The notes under the pieces: generated by a model
What the model saw: the letters and a program-made list of their open reading frames with translations, nothing else
What the model was told of the DNA's origin: nothing
Databases searched by the model: none
Translations under genes and position numbers: made by a program
Shown here: piece by piece, positions 32,702 through 42,616 of the stretch
Numbering within the stretch: the first letter of the stretch is position 1
Layout: the number at the start of each line of letters is the position of its first letter
IMG/VR virus record: IMGVR_UViG_3300032245_001860
Span: 251,853 to 315,852 of that record
Reading direction: 5' to 3' (one strand)
Length of the DNA: 64,000 nt

Positions 32702-33970
32702 ATGGCAGATTCAGATAAAAATATAAGAATTACAACCAACAAAAATAAGGCAGATCCGGCAAAACCTACAATAGTTTTTAGTGGATCTTCTGCTGGTTCG
32801 TCTGTCATCACTTTAGAAGTATTAAATGATAATACTTTATCATTTGTGTCAAATGAAGGTCAAATCTTTTCATTAGACTCAAATCTTACAGTTGGAACTA
32901 TTTGGTCTGTTAATGATGTCTCAGGTGTTCCTTTAATTAGAGCCAGCGCTGGGGGCACTATTAACATGGCTGAGTATGGTGCAAATGTTGGCGTTGGTGA
33001 ATCTAATCCTCTTCATAAATTAAGTGTAAAGGGTGCTTTAGCAATTGGAAGCACCAATACCAACAACTACACTATCTTTAGATTTCCAGCTGCAGGTACT
33101 GGACAAACTTATATTCTTCCAAGTAATTATCCTGGCACTGGTGTTTCAGTTTTGCAATCTGACACTGCGGGAAACCTTTTGTGGGTAGCAGCTGCAACAG
33201 GTGGTGGTTCTGGAAGTGTAAACTCTGGTACTGCTGGAAGTGTTGCGTTTTACCCAGCTAACGGAACTGCTGTTAGTGGCACAAGTTTGATACAACTTGC
33301 AAGTACTGGCACAGCTGTATCTATTTATGCAAACTTAGATTTGTATGCACAAAACGACCTTAGATTGTGGAATTCAGGAAGTTCAAACTTCACTGGACTA
33401 CAAGCTGGAGCAAACCCAACCAGTTACACATTAACTTTCCCGGCATCAGCACCAGGAGCTGGCGCTGGCTTTTCAATGCTTATGACTGATTCTACTGGGA
33501 ACATGTCATTTGGTGGATTTATTCAAGGTACAGGCACTTCGCTTCTTGTTTCAGGAACTGGTGTTACAATAAGAAACAGAAGACCATTATTATTGACTTT
33601 TGCTTCTGGTTATACTCCTGCTACTGGTACAACCGCTGATGATGTAGTTCTAAGATTGCCTGAATCTTTTACAGATGGAACAACATCAGTGACGTGGGTG
33701 CCAAGAAGAGCATTTATTAGAACTGAAACTTTTTCAGCTGGTTCAACTTTGATCAATTTGCAATATTCGACGGGTACTGGTGTATTTACGTCTGTCAACC
33801 TTATAGGAGGAGCTGGTTTATCAGTTGGTGGTGCTGGTATTGCTGAATCAAGCACAACAAACTTTACAGCTTCAACTTTAACATCAGGTACTAAGTTAAG
33901 AGTCAACTTTAGCTCTATCAACGCTGCTCACTCTGACTTTTTGATATATCTGCAATTAGAAGAATTATAA
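32702..33970 (+). CDS. Fibre/virion structural protein
   Basis: Shares the DNxLSF...VNDVSGVPLIRASAG and LQSDTAG modules with the upstream fibres. Confidence 0.75.
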   Translation: MADSDKNIRITTNKNKADPAKPTIVFSGSSAGSSVITLEVLNDNTLSFVSNEGQIFSLDSNLTVGTIWSVNDVSGVPLIRASAGGTINMAEYGANVGVGESNPLHKLSVKGALAIGSTNTNNYTIFRFPAAGTGQTYILPSNYPGTGVSVLQSDTAGNLLWVAAATGGGSGSVNSGTAGSVAFYPANGTAVSGTSLIQLASTGTAVSIYANLDLYAQNDLRLWNSGSSNFTGLQAGANPTSYTLTFPASAPGAGAGFSMLMTDSTGNMSFGGFIQGTGTSLLVSGTGVTIRNRRPLLLTFASGYTPATGTTADDVVLRLPESFTDGTTSVTWVPRRAFIRTETFSAGSTLINLQYSTGTGVFTSVNLIGGAGLSVGGAGIAESSTTNFTASTLTSGTKLRVNFSSINAAHSDFLIYLQLEEL

Positions 33971-35505
33971 TGAAAGTACATTTACAAAGATATAGAATAC
34001 CACAAACTTTTGGTGGAGCTTTGAGATTTCTAACTGATCCGGGTTTTGGACCAGTGCAATGTGTATTAGGTTTCCATGTAAATACTGGAACAGTTTTGAA
34101 CACAGGTGATGCATCAAGCAATTCTAAAGGATTTATGATTGGTCATGCAGGAACTTCCGGATCTTCTGCAGCTCCAACTACTCTAATGTGCTCATCTGGT
34201 ATAGCGCATAGTAATAATTTGGCTTCAACCCAAACTACATTAAGTACAAGAAATTCTGACTGGCTTACTCAAGATAGTAATAGAACTACAAGAGTCAGAT
34301 TTACAAATATTGTGTTGGGTACAGATGAAATTACCCTGGCCAATTCTGGTAAGGCTGCAGTAGGTACAACTTTTGATGACTTAATTCTCGTTATGTTTGG
34401 CGGGACTGGTTTATCTTCTGCTACAAATTACAATACTCTAAACCAAACATTAAATGCACTTAGAAACCAAACAGGACTTACATTTCGTCCGGATGTTGTG
34501 ATTGGTTCTTGGTGTATGGATACAGCAGGTAATACAAGTGTAGCAGGACAATCAAAATTTGGGTTTGGAGCAGTTGGTCGCACTAACAATTCTGATTCTG
34601 TATATATCGTCTACAGTGGAAACAATGCAGTAACACCAGTAGCTTGTAAAGCTGGAATTGGAACTGACATGTTATGGAAAAGAATATCAGCTTTCGGTAC
34701 TGCTACAAACACTGCTTCAGCCGCATCTGGAGGCGGAGTTACAGCCTTTAATGCTGATGGTTTTGATGTTCAAACTTATAATTCTGCACAAGCGGCAGCT
34801 ACTTATCAATATAACTTCACAGCCTTGAAATGTGATGAGAGAATAAAAACAGGTTATTTTTTTACTCCAACAGGAACTGGCAGTACTTTTGTCAACTTAG
34901 GATTTGTACCTCAGTTTGTAATGGGAGCTTCTTGTGGTTCAAGTATAATGCAATCTCAACCTGAAACAAACTTAGAAGCTCCATCATTAAGTTTATGGTT
35001 TGCACAAGGCAGTACATCTTCAAAATTTATTGAGGGCAAGGGCACAATTACAACATCGACTGCTAACGTGACTGGAACTGGTACAGGCTCTTCATTCTTA
35101 GCTCAAATTTCTCAAGGCGATAGTATATATAATATTAATTACCAATTAGTGGGCACAGTGGCAAGTGTTGCATCTACTACTTCATTAGCTTTTACAGCCA
35201 ATGCAGCCTTAACTTTATCCTCTCAAAACTATTTTATTACAAGAACAACCAATTACACATTATACTTTGGTGATCAAATTGGTAATGCAGTACAAAAAGC
35301 ATTTTGCGGTATTGCAACGTCAGCTCCAGCATTGGCAATATCATCAGGTACAGCTGTTTCAACAATTACAGCTGGACAAGTTGTTACATTTCAAGGCGAT
35401 AATGGTTTTACTATAAACTACACAAATCAATATAGATTTCCACAATTAAATTGGTACATGGCAATAGAAGCTGAGCCAAGACAAAAAAGAAGACAGTCAG
35501 GATAA
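33970..35505 (+). CDS. Virion structural protein, probably tail-associated
   Basis: LTFRPDVV and LGFVPQFV (GFxP) repeats; end of the structural block. Confidence 0.65.
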   Translation: MKVHLQRYRIPQTFGGALRFLTDPGFGPVQCVLGFHVNTGTVLNTGDASSNSKGFMIGHAGTSGSSAAPTTLMCSSGIAHSNNLASTQTTLSTRNSDWLTQDSNRTTRVRFTNIVLGTDEITLANSGKAAVGTTFDDLILVMFGGTGLSSATNYNTLNQTLNALRNQTGLTFRPDVVIGSWCMDTAGNTSVAGQSKFGFGAVGRTNNSDSVYIVYSGNNAVTPVACKAGIGTDMLWKRISAFGTATNTASAASGGGVTAFNADGFDVQTYNSAQAAATYQYNFTALKCDERIKTGYFFTPTGTGSTFVNLGFVPQFVMGASCGSSIMQSQPETNLEAPSLSLWFAQGSTSSKFIEGKGTITTSTANVTGTGTGSSFLAQISQGDSIYNINYQLVGTVASVASTTSLAFTANAALTLSSQNYFITRTTNYTLYFGDQIGNAVQKAFCGIATSAPALAISSGTAVSTITAGQVVTFQGDNGFTINYTNQYRFPQLNWYMAIEAEPRQKRRQSG

Positions 35506-35506
35506 T

Positions 35507-36319
35507 ATGAGAATAGTAGCAGTTCAATTAAATCTTAAAAATTGTGAGAGCTACAAAGTTTTTTATGATTTTTTAGAAAATGATGTATTCAAAAATCTGC
35601 CTGAAAATTGCGATTTATTAGTTTTTCCCGAAAATATAAACTTATCATTGTTCTTCTTAAAAAATGACCTAAAATCACTTAATCTGAGGTCATTTTATGA
35701 AAGATTTATTGATAGGATTCTTTCAATGTTAAATCTTTCATTGATTTTGAAATATGAAGATCTTGATTATCAAAAATCTGTAATATTATCTGCATTTCAA
35801 GATTTGGCAAAAAAATATAATGTAAATGAAATTACCGGAAGTTTTTATAACAAAACTCTAAGTGGTATATACAATTCAATTTATGCAATAGATAGAAATG
35901 GCTATCTTTTAGGCTCTGGATCTAAAAAAGATTTAGTGGGATTAGAAAAAGCACTTAAAATAAAATCAGAAAATCAAAATAAAGTAATAAACTTTGATTT
36001 TGGCAGAGTAGGTTTATCTGTTTGTTTTGATTTAAACGACAAAGATTATATTTCGCAATATAAATGTGATGTTCTTGTAGCTCCTTCAAATGGTTGGAGA
36101 TTATTCCCAGGATATCCATTTGATCCTTTAATTGAAACTCCACAAATTGAAAGAGCTAAAGAAAACAATTTTGCAATTATTAGACCTTATTGCGCAGGGT
36201 GGTTAGGTCCATTATATTTTGCTGGAAGAAGTATGATTGTTGATAAAATGGGCAATATTGTCAATCAATCAAAAACAAGAACTCAAACAGAATTATTGGT
36301 CTCTGACATCGACATTTGA
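35507..36319 (+). CDS. Carbon-nitrogen hydrolase (nitrilase superfamily)
   Basis: MRIVAVQ, DLLVFPE, SKK, GLSVCFD (Glu-Lys-Cys triad), FAGRSMIVD. Confidence 0.85.
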   Translation: MRIVAVQLNLKNCESYKVFYDFLENDVFKNLPENCDLLVFPENINLSLFFLKNDLKSLNLRSFYERFIDRILSMLNLSLILKYEDLDYQKSVILSAFQDLAKKYNVNEITGSFYNKTLSGIYNSIYAIDRNGYLLGSGSKKDLVGLEKALKIKSENQNKVINFDFGRVGLSVCFDLNDKDYISQYKCDVLVAPSNGWRLFPGYPFDPLIETPQIERAKENNFAIIRPYCAGWLGPLYFAGRSMIVDKMGNIVNQSKTRTQTELLVSDIDI

Positions 36320-36505
36320 TTGAATTTCTACACTTGTATTTCTTTTCATGCCTTCATTAGGTGTTGTTTCTTTCACTGTAAATCCAGGAATTTTATCTAA
36401 GAATTTCATAAGATCCAGGCATTCTTTACCACTTGTTCCTTTGGGGACAACTTCTACTTTTCCATTACTGCTAATCTTAATTTCTAATTCCACTTCTTTT
36501 GACAT
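36293..36505 (-). CDS. DUF2997-family protein
   Basis: IKISSNGKVEVVPKGTSGKEC pattern; adjacent to DUF1257. Confidence 0.75.
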   Translation of the reverse strand: MSKEVELEIKISSNGKVEVVPKGTSGKECLDLMKFLDKIPGFTVKETTPNEGMKRNTSVEIQSNVDVRDQ

Positions 36506-36930
36506 TAGATTATTTTCCTTGCAACAATATTTAAGTCTGTTATCCTTCTTTGCAATAAAGCTTCATCTTCAACATTAACTTTAATTTTAAAGCCATTTTT
36601 TGCAAGTGCTTCTTCTAATACAACTTTGACATAAGACTGGATGATGCGATCATGCATTTTATGAGCTTGATCATAATCAGAAACGATCATTTCATATTTT
36701 TTATTTTCAGCATCCCATAAAAAACCAATATCATTTGATGCGCCAGTAAAATGATTAACTTGCTCTTTAGGAATTACGATATTTGCTTTTTCATTTCTTT
36801 TATCGCCTTTATATCCTGTTAATTGCTCTGGTTCTGAATAGCAAACAGGATTGAATCCCAAAGAATTTAAGGCATCCAAAAGAGATTTCTTATCAACAAT
36901 TTCACATTCAATCTTCTTGTAAGCAGACAT
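36505..36930 (-). CDS. DUF1257/Ycf35-family protein
   Basis: LLDALNSLG...GYKG...NDIGF...YEMIVSDYD. Confidence 0.8.
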   Translation of the reverse strand: MSAYKKIECEIVDKKSLLDALNSLGFNPVCYSEPEQLTGYKGDKRNEKANIVIPKEQVNHFTGASNDIGFLWDAENKKYEMIVSDYDQAHKMHDRIIQSYVKVVLEEALAKNGFKIKVNVEDEALLQRRITDLNIVARKII

Positions 36931-37247
36931 TATAATTCGTCACTTTCTTCTTCATCTTCTTCATCAACTTCAAGAATCTGATAGTTTAGCCATTCAAGAG
37001 TGTCGCTAATAGTTTCTCTAAGTTTGATGATTCCAGCCACAGCAATTCCATGGCCTTCGTTGATGTTAGTAACTAAATTATAACCTTCTAAAATAACTTC
37101 AGTAGCTTCTAATGATTTTGCCAGTCTTTCAGTAAGTTCTTCTGGGTCTAAATTTCTGATATTTTCAAGATGTTTTTTATATTCTTCTTGAAGTTGTAAT
37201 TCTTTTTCAGTGTCCATATTGATAGATTCCATAAGTTGTGTCCTCAA
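36930..37247 (-). CDS. Hypothetical acidic protein (start uncertain)
   Basis: TAATG-coupled to the DUF1257 gene. Confidence 0.6.
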   Translation of the reverse strand: MRTQLMESINMDTEKELQLQEEYKKHLENIRNLDPEELTERLAKSLEATEVILEGYNLVTNINEGHGIAVAGIIKLRETISDTLEWLNYQILEVDEEDEEESDEL

Positions 37248-37286
37248 AGTAAATTGTACAAGCTTAATGAATATAGAGGTATGAAT

Positions 37287-37652
37287 ATGAATAATTATTT
37301 TGTTGTTTTAAGTTGTTTGTGTTTACTGTCTGCTCCGGTTAAGGCTTTTTCACAACCAATTCAACCAATTGTCCAAGTAGATGAAAAGCCAAAGAAAGAA
37401 ATATTAATTAGCATTCGCAGCAAGTTTTACAGAAATCCAGTTCAAGTGATTGAGGGGTTTTTCAAACAAGCTGGAATTTATGATTTTTCTATCGAAGATG
37501 ATGAAAAGTTAGAAAAGATGGATGTTGGAAATTTTCAATTCAAAAATAAAACAGTTGATCAAGCTATCAAAAGATTATCTTCTGAATACAAAATAGTTTT
37601 TGAAATTGAAGAAGTGGGAAAAGATAAAGTTTACAAAGTCAAAATGAGGTAA
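37287..37652 (+). CDS. Exported STN/secretin-N0-like domain protein
   Basis: GAGG RBS; signal peptide ending VKA; PVQVIEGFFKQAGI...FKNKTVDQAIKRL resembles the next gene. Confidence 0.6.
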   Translation: MNNYFVVLSCLCLLSAPVKAFSQPIQPIVQVDEKPKKEILISIRSKFYRNPVQVIEGFFKQAGIYDFSIEDDEKLEKMDVGNFQFKNKTVDQAIKRLSSEYKIVFEIEEVGKDKVYKVKMR

Positions 37653-37657
37653 GTTAA

Positions 37658-38287
37658 ATGAAAAAATTGTTAGCTCTTTTGGTTGTTTTATGTGCATGTA
37701 ATATTTCTTATGCACAAAACATTAAAGTTGATTTGAAAGATGCTCCAGTAAGAACAACACTTGAAGCTATGTTTAAAGACGCTGGAATTAAAAATTATGT
37801 CATTGATAATTCTGTATCTGGATTTATCACAATGACTTTAGAAGATATACCTTTTGAAAACGCACTCAAAATTGTAATGAGAAATTCTTTTCCTCCACTT
37901 ACATATACTAAAGAAAATGATGTATGGATTGTTAAAGAAAGAAAGATTACAGAATACAAACAACCAGCTCCAGCTATTACGGTTGAAGAGCCAAGAGGAG
38001 CAATATTTGAAAGAATACCATTAACATTTATTGATCCTTTAGATTTAATGAGCGCTTTTGGTAACATTCTGTACATAAGACAATTTGGAAGATCGGATGG
38101 CATGTATGGAAGTGGTATGGGTGGCCTTGGCGGTGGCAATAATAACAGCTTTCTCGGAAGCAATGGAGGCCTTGGATTGGGCAGTGGTAATGGAATGGGC
38201 GGAGGAGCAATGGGAGGCCTTGGCGGTGCTTTCGGTGGAGGAATGAATGGTGGAATAGGTGGATTTGGTGGCGGAAGGAATTTCTAA
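37658..38287 (+). CDS. Exported secretin N-terminal (STN/N0) domain protein with Gly-rich tail, no barrel
   Basis: Signal peptide; IKVDLKDAPVRTTLE...VIDNSVSGFITMTLEDIPFENALKIV (PilQ/GspD N0 pattern); IPLTFIDP; GGxGG tail. Confidence 0.75.
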   Translation: MKKLLALLVVLCACNISYAQNIKVDLKDAPVRTTLEAMFKDAGIKNYVIDNSVSGFITMTLEDIPFENALKIVMRNSFPPLTYTKENDVWIVKERKITEYKQPAPAITVEEPRGAIFERIPLTFIDPLDLMSAFGNILYIRQFGRSDGMYGSGMGGLGGGNNNSFLGSNGGLGLGSGNGMGGGAMGGLGGAFGGGMNGGIGGFGGGRNF

Positions 38288-38556
38288 TGTCACATTTTTA
38301 TTTAAGAAAATCATACACTTTTTCAGAAACAGATGAAATGATGCTTGATATTAGAAAAGAAATGTCAAATTTCCTCACCAAAGAAGAAGCTGAATTCATT
38401 TTAAATAGAAGATATGCTCTTATAGATCCACCTCCTTTTAAAAACAATGAATTAGATATGCTGCAAGATAAAGTTTATGATTTAGAAAGAAAATTGCAAA
38501 TCGCATTAATTGAAATTGAAAAACTCAAGAATGTAAAAAAACATTCGAGTCCATAA
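38287..38556 (+). CDS. Hypothetical protein with C-terminal coiled coil
   Basis: TAATG-coupled ORF. Confidence 0.6.
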   Translation: MSHFYLRKSYTFSETDEMMLDIRKEMSNFLTKEEAEFILNRRYALIDPPPFKNNELDMLQDKVYDLERKLQIALIEIEKLKNVKKHSSP

Positions 38557-39098
38557 TGAATAACTATATAATCTTTTATCCAAAAGATATTGACAATAAT
38601 GACGAACCAAAAGAAACTGTTTTATGGGAAGTAAAATATCACTTGCATAGCAGTATGATAGATTTGCCTGATTATTTGTTAAGTTTATTGGAAGCAGATC
38701 AAAAACAAGCATATCCTATTAGTAAATGGCACTACGAATTTGCTAATTTAGGTATGCAGTTAATTTATGACTACGTGTATGCAAAAGAATATGCATATTT
38801 TTTAGATAACATTCCATTTTTTACTGCAACATTGTCAGCTTTGGATTTAAATAGATTCAACAACCAGATAGTGGTCAAACAAAAAGTTGGAAAAAAGCTT
38901 CTCAAAGAAATGAAGCTTAGAAACCAAGGAGTTATGCATCCTGAAAAGTTTCACAAAAAAATGATTGAATTAACAGATATATCAGATGAAAAATTCTTGA
39001 TACATGAAGAAATATGTGACACTTTATTGAATTTAGAAAATTTATGTGAAAAATGTGTGCAGTACGAAAGTCTGATTGAATGGAAATCTATATGTTAG
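38556..39098 (+). CDS. Hypothetical protein
   Basis: TAATG-coupled 180-aa ORF. Confidence 0.65.
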   Translation: MNNYIIFYPKDIDNNDEPKETVLWEVKYHLHSSMIDLPDYLLSLLEADQKQAYPISKWHYEFANLGMQLIYDYVYAKEYAYFLDNIPFFTATLSALDLNRFNNQIVVKQKVGKKLLKEMKLRNQGVMHPEKFHKKMIELTDISDEKFLIHEEICDTLLNLENLCEKCVQYESLIEWKSIC

Positions 39099-39109
39099 AG
39101 GTGATTTAA

Positions 39110-39562
39110 ATGAGTTGGTATAGATTAGCACAGCAACCAGACAATTGGTCTAATATCTTAAAAGGCAATCAGCCAGGTACAGCATCGAACCCAAAAGGAA
39201 TTCTTGTGAGTTATGCTGATTATCAAAAATTAAAATCTTTTGGTACTGGTAGTGGACCTATTAGTGTTTTAGATAAAGATACAAATCAATATGTAACTGT
39301 TATACATGGTGGCTTAACTCCTGACAATAAATTTGGTTTTGCAGATGGCAAGGGTGGATTTGTTTTTCCTAATGAAGAAGATGACTGGGCTACTAAATTA
39401 GGCGTAAATCCATCAAACTTCATAGTTTCTTGTTATGAAGGGTCTGCAAATGCTGGAGACTTTAAAGCTGCTACAAACTACCAAGGCAAACTTGAAATGT
39501 CAATGCCTCAGACAGTAACAGACACTACTCAAGATGTTAGAATTAACGTTTCAGGTGCATAA
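39110..39562 (+). CDS. Hypothetical protein (MSWYRLAQ start)
   Basis: GAGGTG RBS; contains HGG and VSCY motifs. Confidence 0.7.
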   Translation: MSWYRLAQQPDNWSNILKGNQPGTASNPKGILVSYADYQKLKSFGTGSGPISVLDKDTNQYVTVIHGGLTPDNKFGFADGKGGFVFPNEEDDWATKLGVNPSNFIVSCYEGSANAGDFKAATNYQGKLEMSMPQTVTDTTQDVRINVSGA

Positions 39563-39582
39563 AATACCTGTACAATTCTAAA

Positions 39583-40203
39583 ATGATTTCTTTATGTATT
39601 ACTCATCGAGTTGACGAGGATATATCTTGGGTTGAAGATATTTATGGTGATTTATTAATTTATAATAAAGGAGACGAATGGGATCTTCCATATCCTTGTC
39701 ATGAGTCTCCCAAGATACCTAATGAAGTTGATACTTTTTTAAGGGGCATTATTGAAGCTTATGATATTATGCCAAATTATAGATTTGTTTACCTTCTAAG
39801 ACCTAATTGCAGACACTTTGATGAAGATGTTACATCTTATATAAGCATAAATCAATACAATCAAGTTAATGATAATGAGATAGTTCCACTTGCTGATAAA
39901 TTTTTTGATTTCAATTTAGATCAAGCTAAAAAAACTCTTAATGAGAATCAAATATTAGTATTAGATTCTGTATTAGATATTATGAGTAAGTTAGGGATTA
40001 ATTTGAATGATAAGACCTATTCATGCTCATATGGTTCTCAGTATTTTTTTAGTAGCCAGTTTGTAATCAATAAACCCAAAGAATGGTGGATTGCTGTGCA
40101 TAGTATAGCTAATCAAATATATGAAAGTTTTGGAAATGATGTTTCTTATATATTTGAAATTTTGTGGCCAATGATTCTAAGACATTCTTTAATTCAAGAA
40201 TAA
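39583..40203 (+). CDS. DUF3431-like protein, divergent copy
   Basis: IYNKG, GSQY, KPKEWW, FEILWP present; GRE and QGNPFDH absent. Confidence 0.7.
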   Translation: MISLCITHRVDEDISWVEDIYGDLLIYNKGDEWDLPYPCHESPKIPNEVDTFLRGIIEAYDIMPNYRFVYLLRPNCRHFDEDVTSYISINQYNQVNDNEIVPLADKFFDFNLDQAKKTLNENQILVLDSVLDIMSKLGINLNDKTYSCSYGSQYFFSSQFVINKPKEWWIAVHSIANQIYESFGNDVSYIFEILWPMILRHSLIQE

Positions 40204-40214
40204 TGTGAGTAATT

Positions 40215-40919
40215 ATGAATAATATTTTTGTTCCAAATAATTATATAAAATTAAGTTCTATAAAAGTTTCTAAAGACATAGAAGAAGCTTACAAGGAAAA
40301 TAAAGGTTTTGAAGTTAAGTTAGAATTTAATGATTTACCATATGGTGAAAATGCCTTGTCTAAATCAATAGATGAAGAAACTATGAATCTACACCATGAC
40401 AAACATCATAAGAAATATTTTGATAATTTAATGGAAGCCCTGTCAGATCAAAACATAGACAATTTGAATGTGAATGATGTATTGTCTAATCTTGAAAAAT
40501 ATCCCAAGTCAATAAGAGAAAAGATTAGAAATAATGGTGGTGGTCACTTTAACCATGAGTTTTTTTGGAATCTAATGTCTCCAACACCTAAAACAAAACC
40601 TGAAGGTAAATTACTTCAAATGATTGAGAATCAATTTCAATCATTTGAAAATTTTAAAGAAGAATTTATTCAAACTGGCTTAGATAGATTCGGATCAGGC
40701 TGGGTATGGCTTTGCGTAAACAATGGAAAATTAAAATTGTCATCTATGCCAAATCAAGATAATCCAATAATTGAGAAATGCGGAGTGCCTTTGGTTGGAT
40801 GTGATGTTTGGGAACATGCATATTACTTAAAATATAAGAATGACAGAGAGGCATACTTAAAAGCCTGGTTTGATGTTTTAAACTGGGATTTTCCTGAAAA
40901 AATTATATCAAAATTGTAA
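40215..40919 (+). CDS. sodA: Fe/Mn superoxide dismutase, probably Mn-type
   Basis: HHDKHH, NNGGGHFNH, FGSGWVWL, NQD, DVWEHAYY. Confidence 0.95.
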   Translation: MNNIFVPNNYIKLSSIKVSKDIEEAYKENKGFEVKLEFNDLPYGENALSKSIDEETMNLHHDKHHKKYFDNLMEALSDQNIDNLNVNDVLSNLEKYPKSIREKIRNNGGGHFNHEFFWNLMSPTPKTKPEGKLLQMIENQFQSFENFKEEFIQTGLDRFGSGWVWLCVNNGKLKLSSMPNQDNPIIEKCGVPLVGCDVWEHAYYLKYKNDREAYLKAWFDVLNWDFPEKIISKL

Positions 40920-40937
40920 ATTTGTATAATTTTTTTT

Positions 40938-41600
40938 ATGAAAGACAGATTGGTTGTAATTGCAAGATATAATGAAAATTTAGATTGGTTAAAAAATCTA
41001 AATAATCCTTTTATGGTCTACAATAAAGGCCAAGAATTTCCATATGAAATAATTAGAAAAGACATTCCTAATAAGGGTAGAGAAGCAGAGACATATATTA
41101 GATCAATCATTGAAAATTATTCTGTGCTGAGTCAATATAAATATATGGTTTTCTTGCAAGGAAATCCATTTGATCATTGCCAGGATTTATACAACAAAAT
41201 AAATTCATATGATAATGAAAATACTTTTGATTACTTATCTGAATTAAATGGCGAAGTGCAATTTGATAAAATTTTATACTTAAGAGATCATTCTGTTTCT
41301 TTAATTGATTGTTTATTGAATCAAAGTTATGTAAATCAATCAGGTGCAGTAAAAACACTTTTATTGTTAAATCTAATCGGTATCAAATTACAATCTTGTC
41401 AATGGAGTTATGCATGTGGTGCTCAATATATAGTTCCAACCAAAATAATTCTAAATAAATCTATAGAATGGTGGATGCATTTTTATAGAATTTTTCAATG
41501 CTATTCTACTTCAGCCCCTAATGACTTTGCTTACATATTGGAATTGACTTGGCCGATTATATGGAATTTTTCTGACAATACAAAGGAAGAATCATATTAA
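40938..41600 (+). CDS. DUF3431-like putative glycosyltransferase
   Basis: VIARYNE, YNKG, NKGREAETY, FLQGNPFDH, GAQYIV, LELTWP. Confidence 0.8.
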   Translation: MKDRLVVIARYNENLDWLKNLNNPFMVYNKGQEFPYEIIRKDIPNKGREAETYIRSIIENYSVLSQYKYMVFLQGNPFDHCQDLYNKINSYDNENTFDYLSELNGEVQFDKILYLRDHSVSLIDCLLNQSYVNQSGAVKTLLLLNLIGIKLQSCQWSYACGAQYIVPTKIILNKSIEWWMHFYRIFQCYSTSAPNDFAYILELTWPIIWNFSDNTKEESY

Positions 41601-41643
41601 TGCAAATAATAAGTATATAAGAGATTTTCGGAGATCAAAAAAA

Positions 41644-42018
41644 ATGAATTTTGTTACTAATTTACTTACAATGCATAATCAATTCAAAGTTTATCATTGG
41701 CAAACACAAAGAAAAGTCGGAAGTTTTGCTCAACATAATGCTTTTGGCACAGCATATGATGATTTAACTGATCACATTGATGATTTTATTGAGATATATC
41801 AAGGTAAACGTGGTGCAATAATTGGTAAAAATGGCTTTACAATTAATCTACAAAATCTTGATGATAATCCTGTTGCTTTTGTTGATGAATTCATTAGCTA
41901 TTTAACTCAACATGTAACAGAAGCGCTTGATCCTGTTGCTGACACTGATTTATTAAATATTAGAGATGAAATGCTTGGTATTTTGAACCAGACAAAGTAC
42001 CGTTTAAATATGAAGTAG
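41644..42018 (+). CDS. Dps/ferritin-like four-helix protein (DUF5856-like)
   Basis: HWQT...AQHNAFGTAYDDL..HIDDFIE; LLNIRDEM. Confidence 0.75.
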   Translation: MNFVTNLLTMHNQFKVYHWQTQRKVGSFAQHNAFGTAYDDLTDHIDDFIEIYQGKRGAIIGKNGFTINLQNLDDNPVAFVDEFISYLTQHVTEALDPVADTDLLNIRDEMLGILNQTKYRLNMK

Positions 42019-42393
42019 ATGAATCAACTTAATGAAAAAATTGCCATCATTTTTACTAAATGTTTTGGCAATATGTTTACATTCTGGGCATTTTGTGGCT
42101 GGGCATTTTTACCATTGATTCCAGTTTTATCTAATTACAAAGAAACAATTTTATACATAAGCAGCGGGTTTATACAACTCGCTGCTCTTCCTTTAATAAT
42201 GGTTGGTCAAGAAGTTTTAGGTCGTGATTCTGAAAAAAGATCTTTAAAAGACCATGAAATGATACAAACTCAATTTTATAGAATGGAAGATGCAATGGAT
42301 AAATTAGGCTTGATATTAGAAGAAATAAGAGAATTGCATTTACATACACATAAAATGCTCAAGAAAGATAATGATGTCCCAGAAGACTTATAA
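42019..42393 (+). CDS. DUF1003-like membrane protein
   Basis: Two hydrophobic segments; FIQLAALPLIMVGQ. Confidence 0.6.
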   Translation: MNQLNEKIAIIFTKCFGNMFTFWAFCGWAFLPLIPVLSNYKETILYISSGFIQLAALPLIMVGQEVLGRDSEKRSLKDHEMIQTQFYRMEDAMDKLGLILEEIRELHLHTHKMLKKDNDVPEDL

Positions 42394-42616
42394 TAGTTAT
42401 TATGATTCTGATGGTGTAAAAGCAATGGTCGCTAAAAAATTAGCAACTTTAGAACTTTCCAATGGTGAGATGAAAAAAAGCTTAGAGTTTTCTCTCAATC
42501 TTGATACAGAGCAATTAAAAAATATATATAAAAACCTGTCCAAAAATCAGCAAAAAACCAAATTTGGACAGGCTATAAAAATGATCATAGAAATCAAAGA
42601 AGAGTTTTATTTATAA
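42371..42616 (+). CDS. Hypothetical protein
   Basis: 81-aa ORF continuing the operon. Confidence 0.5.
   Translation: MMSQKTYNSYYDSDGVKAMVAKKLATLELSNGEMKKSLEFSLNLDTEQLKNIYKNLSKNQQKTKFGQAIKMIIEIKEEFYL

Noticed and set aside
1004-34121. Many short antisense and alternate-frame ORFs inside fibre genes (e.g. MPTPP.../PIPTPP...)
   Set aside because: Shadows of the repetitive GGVGIG coding pattern; no independent expression signals
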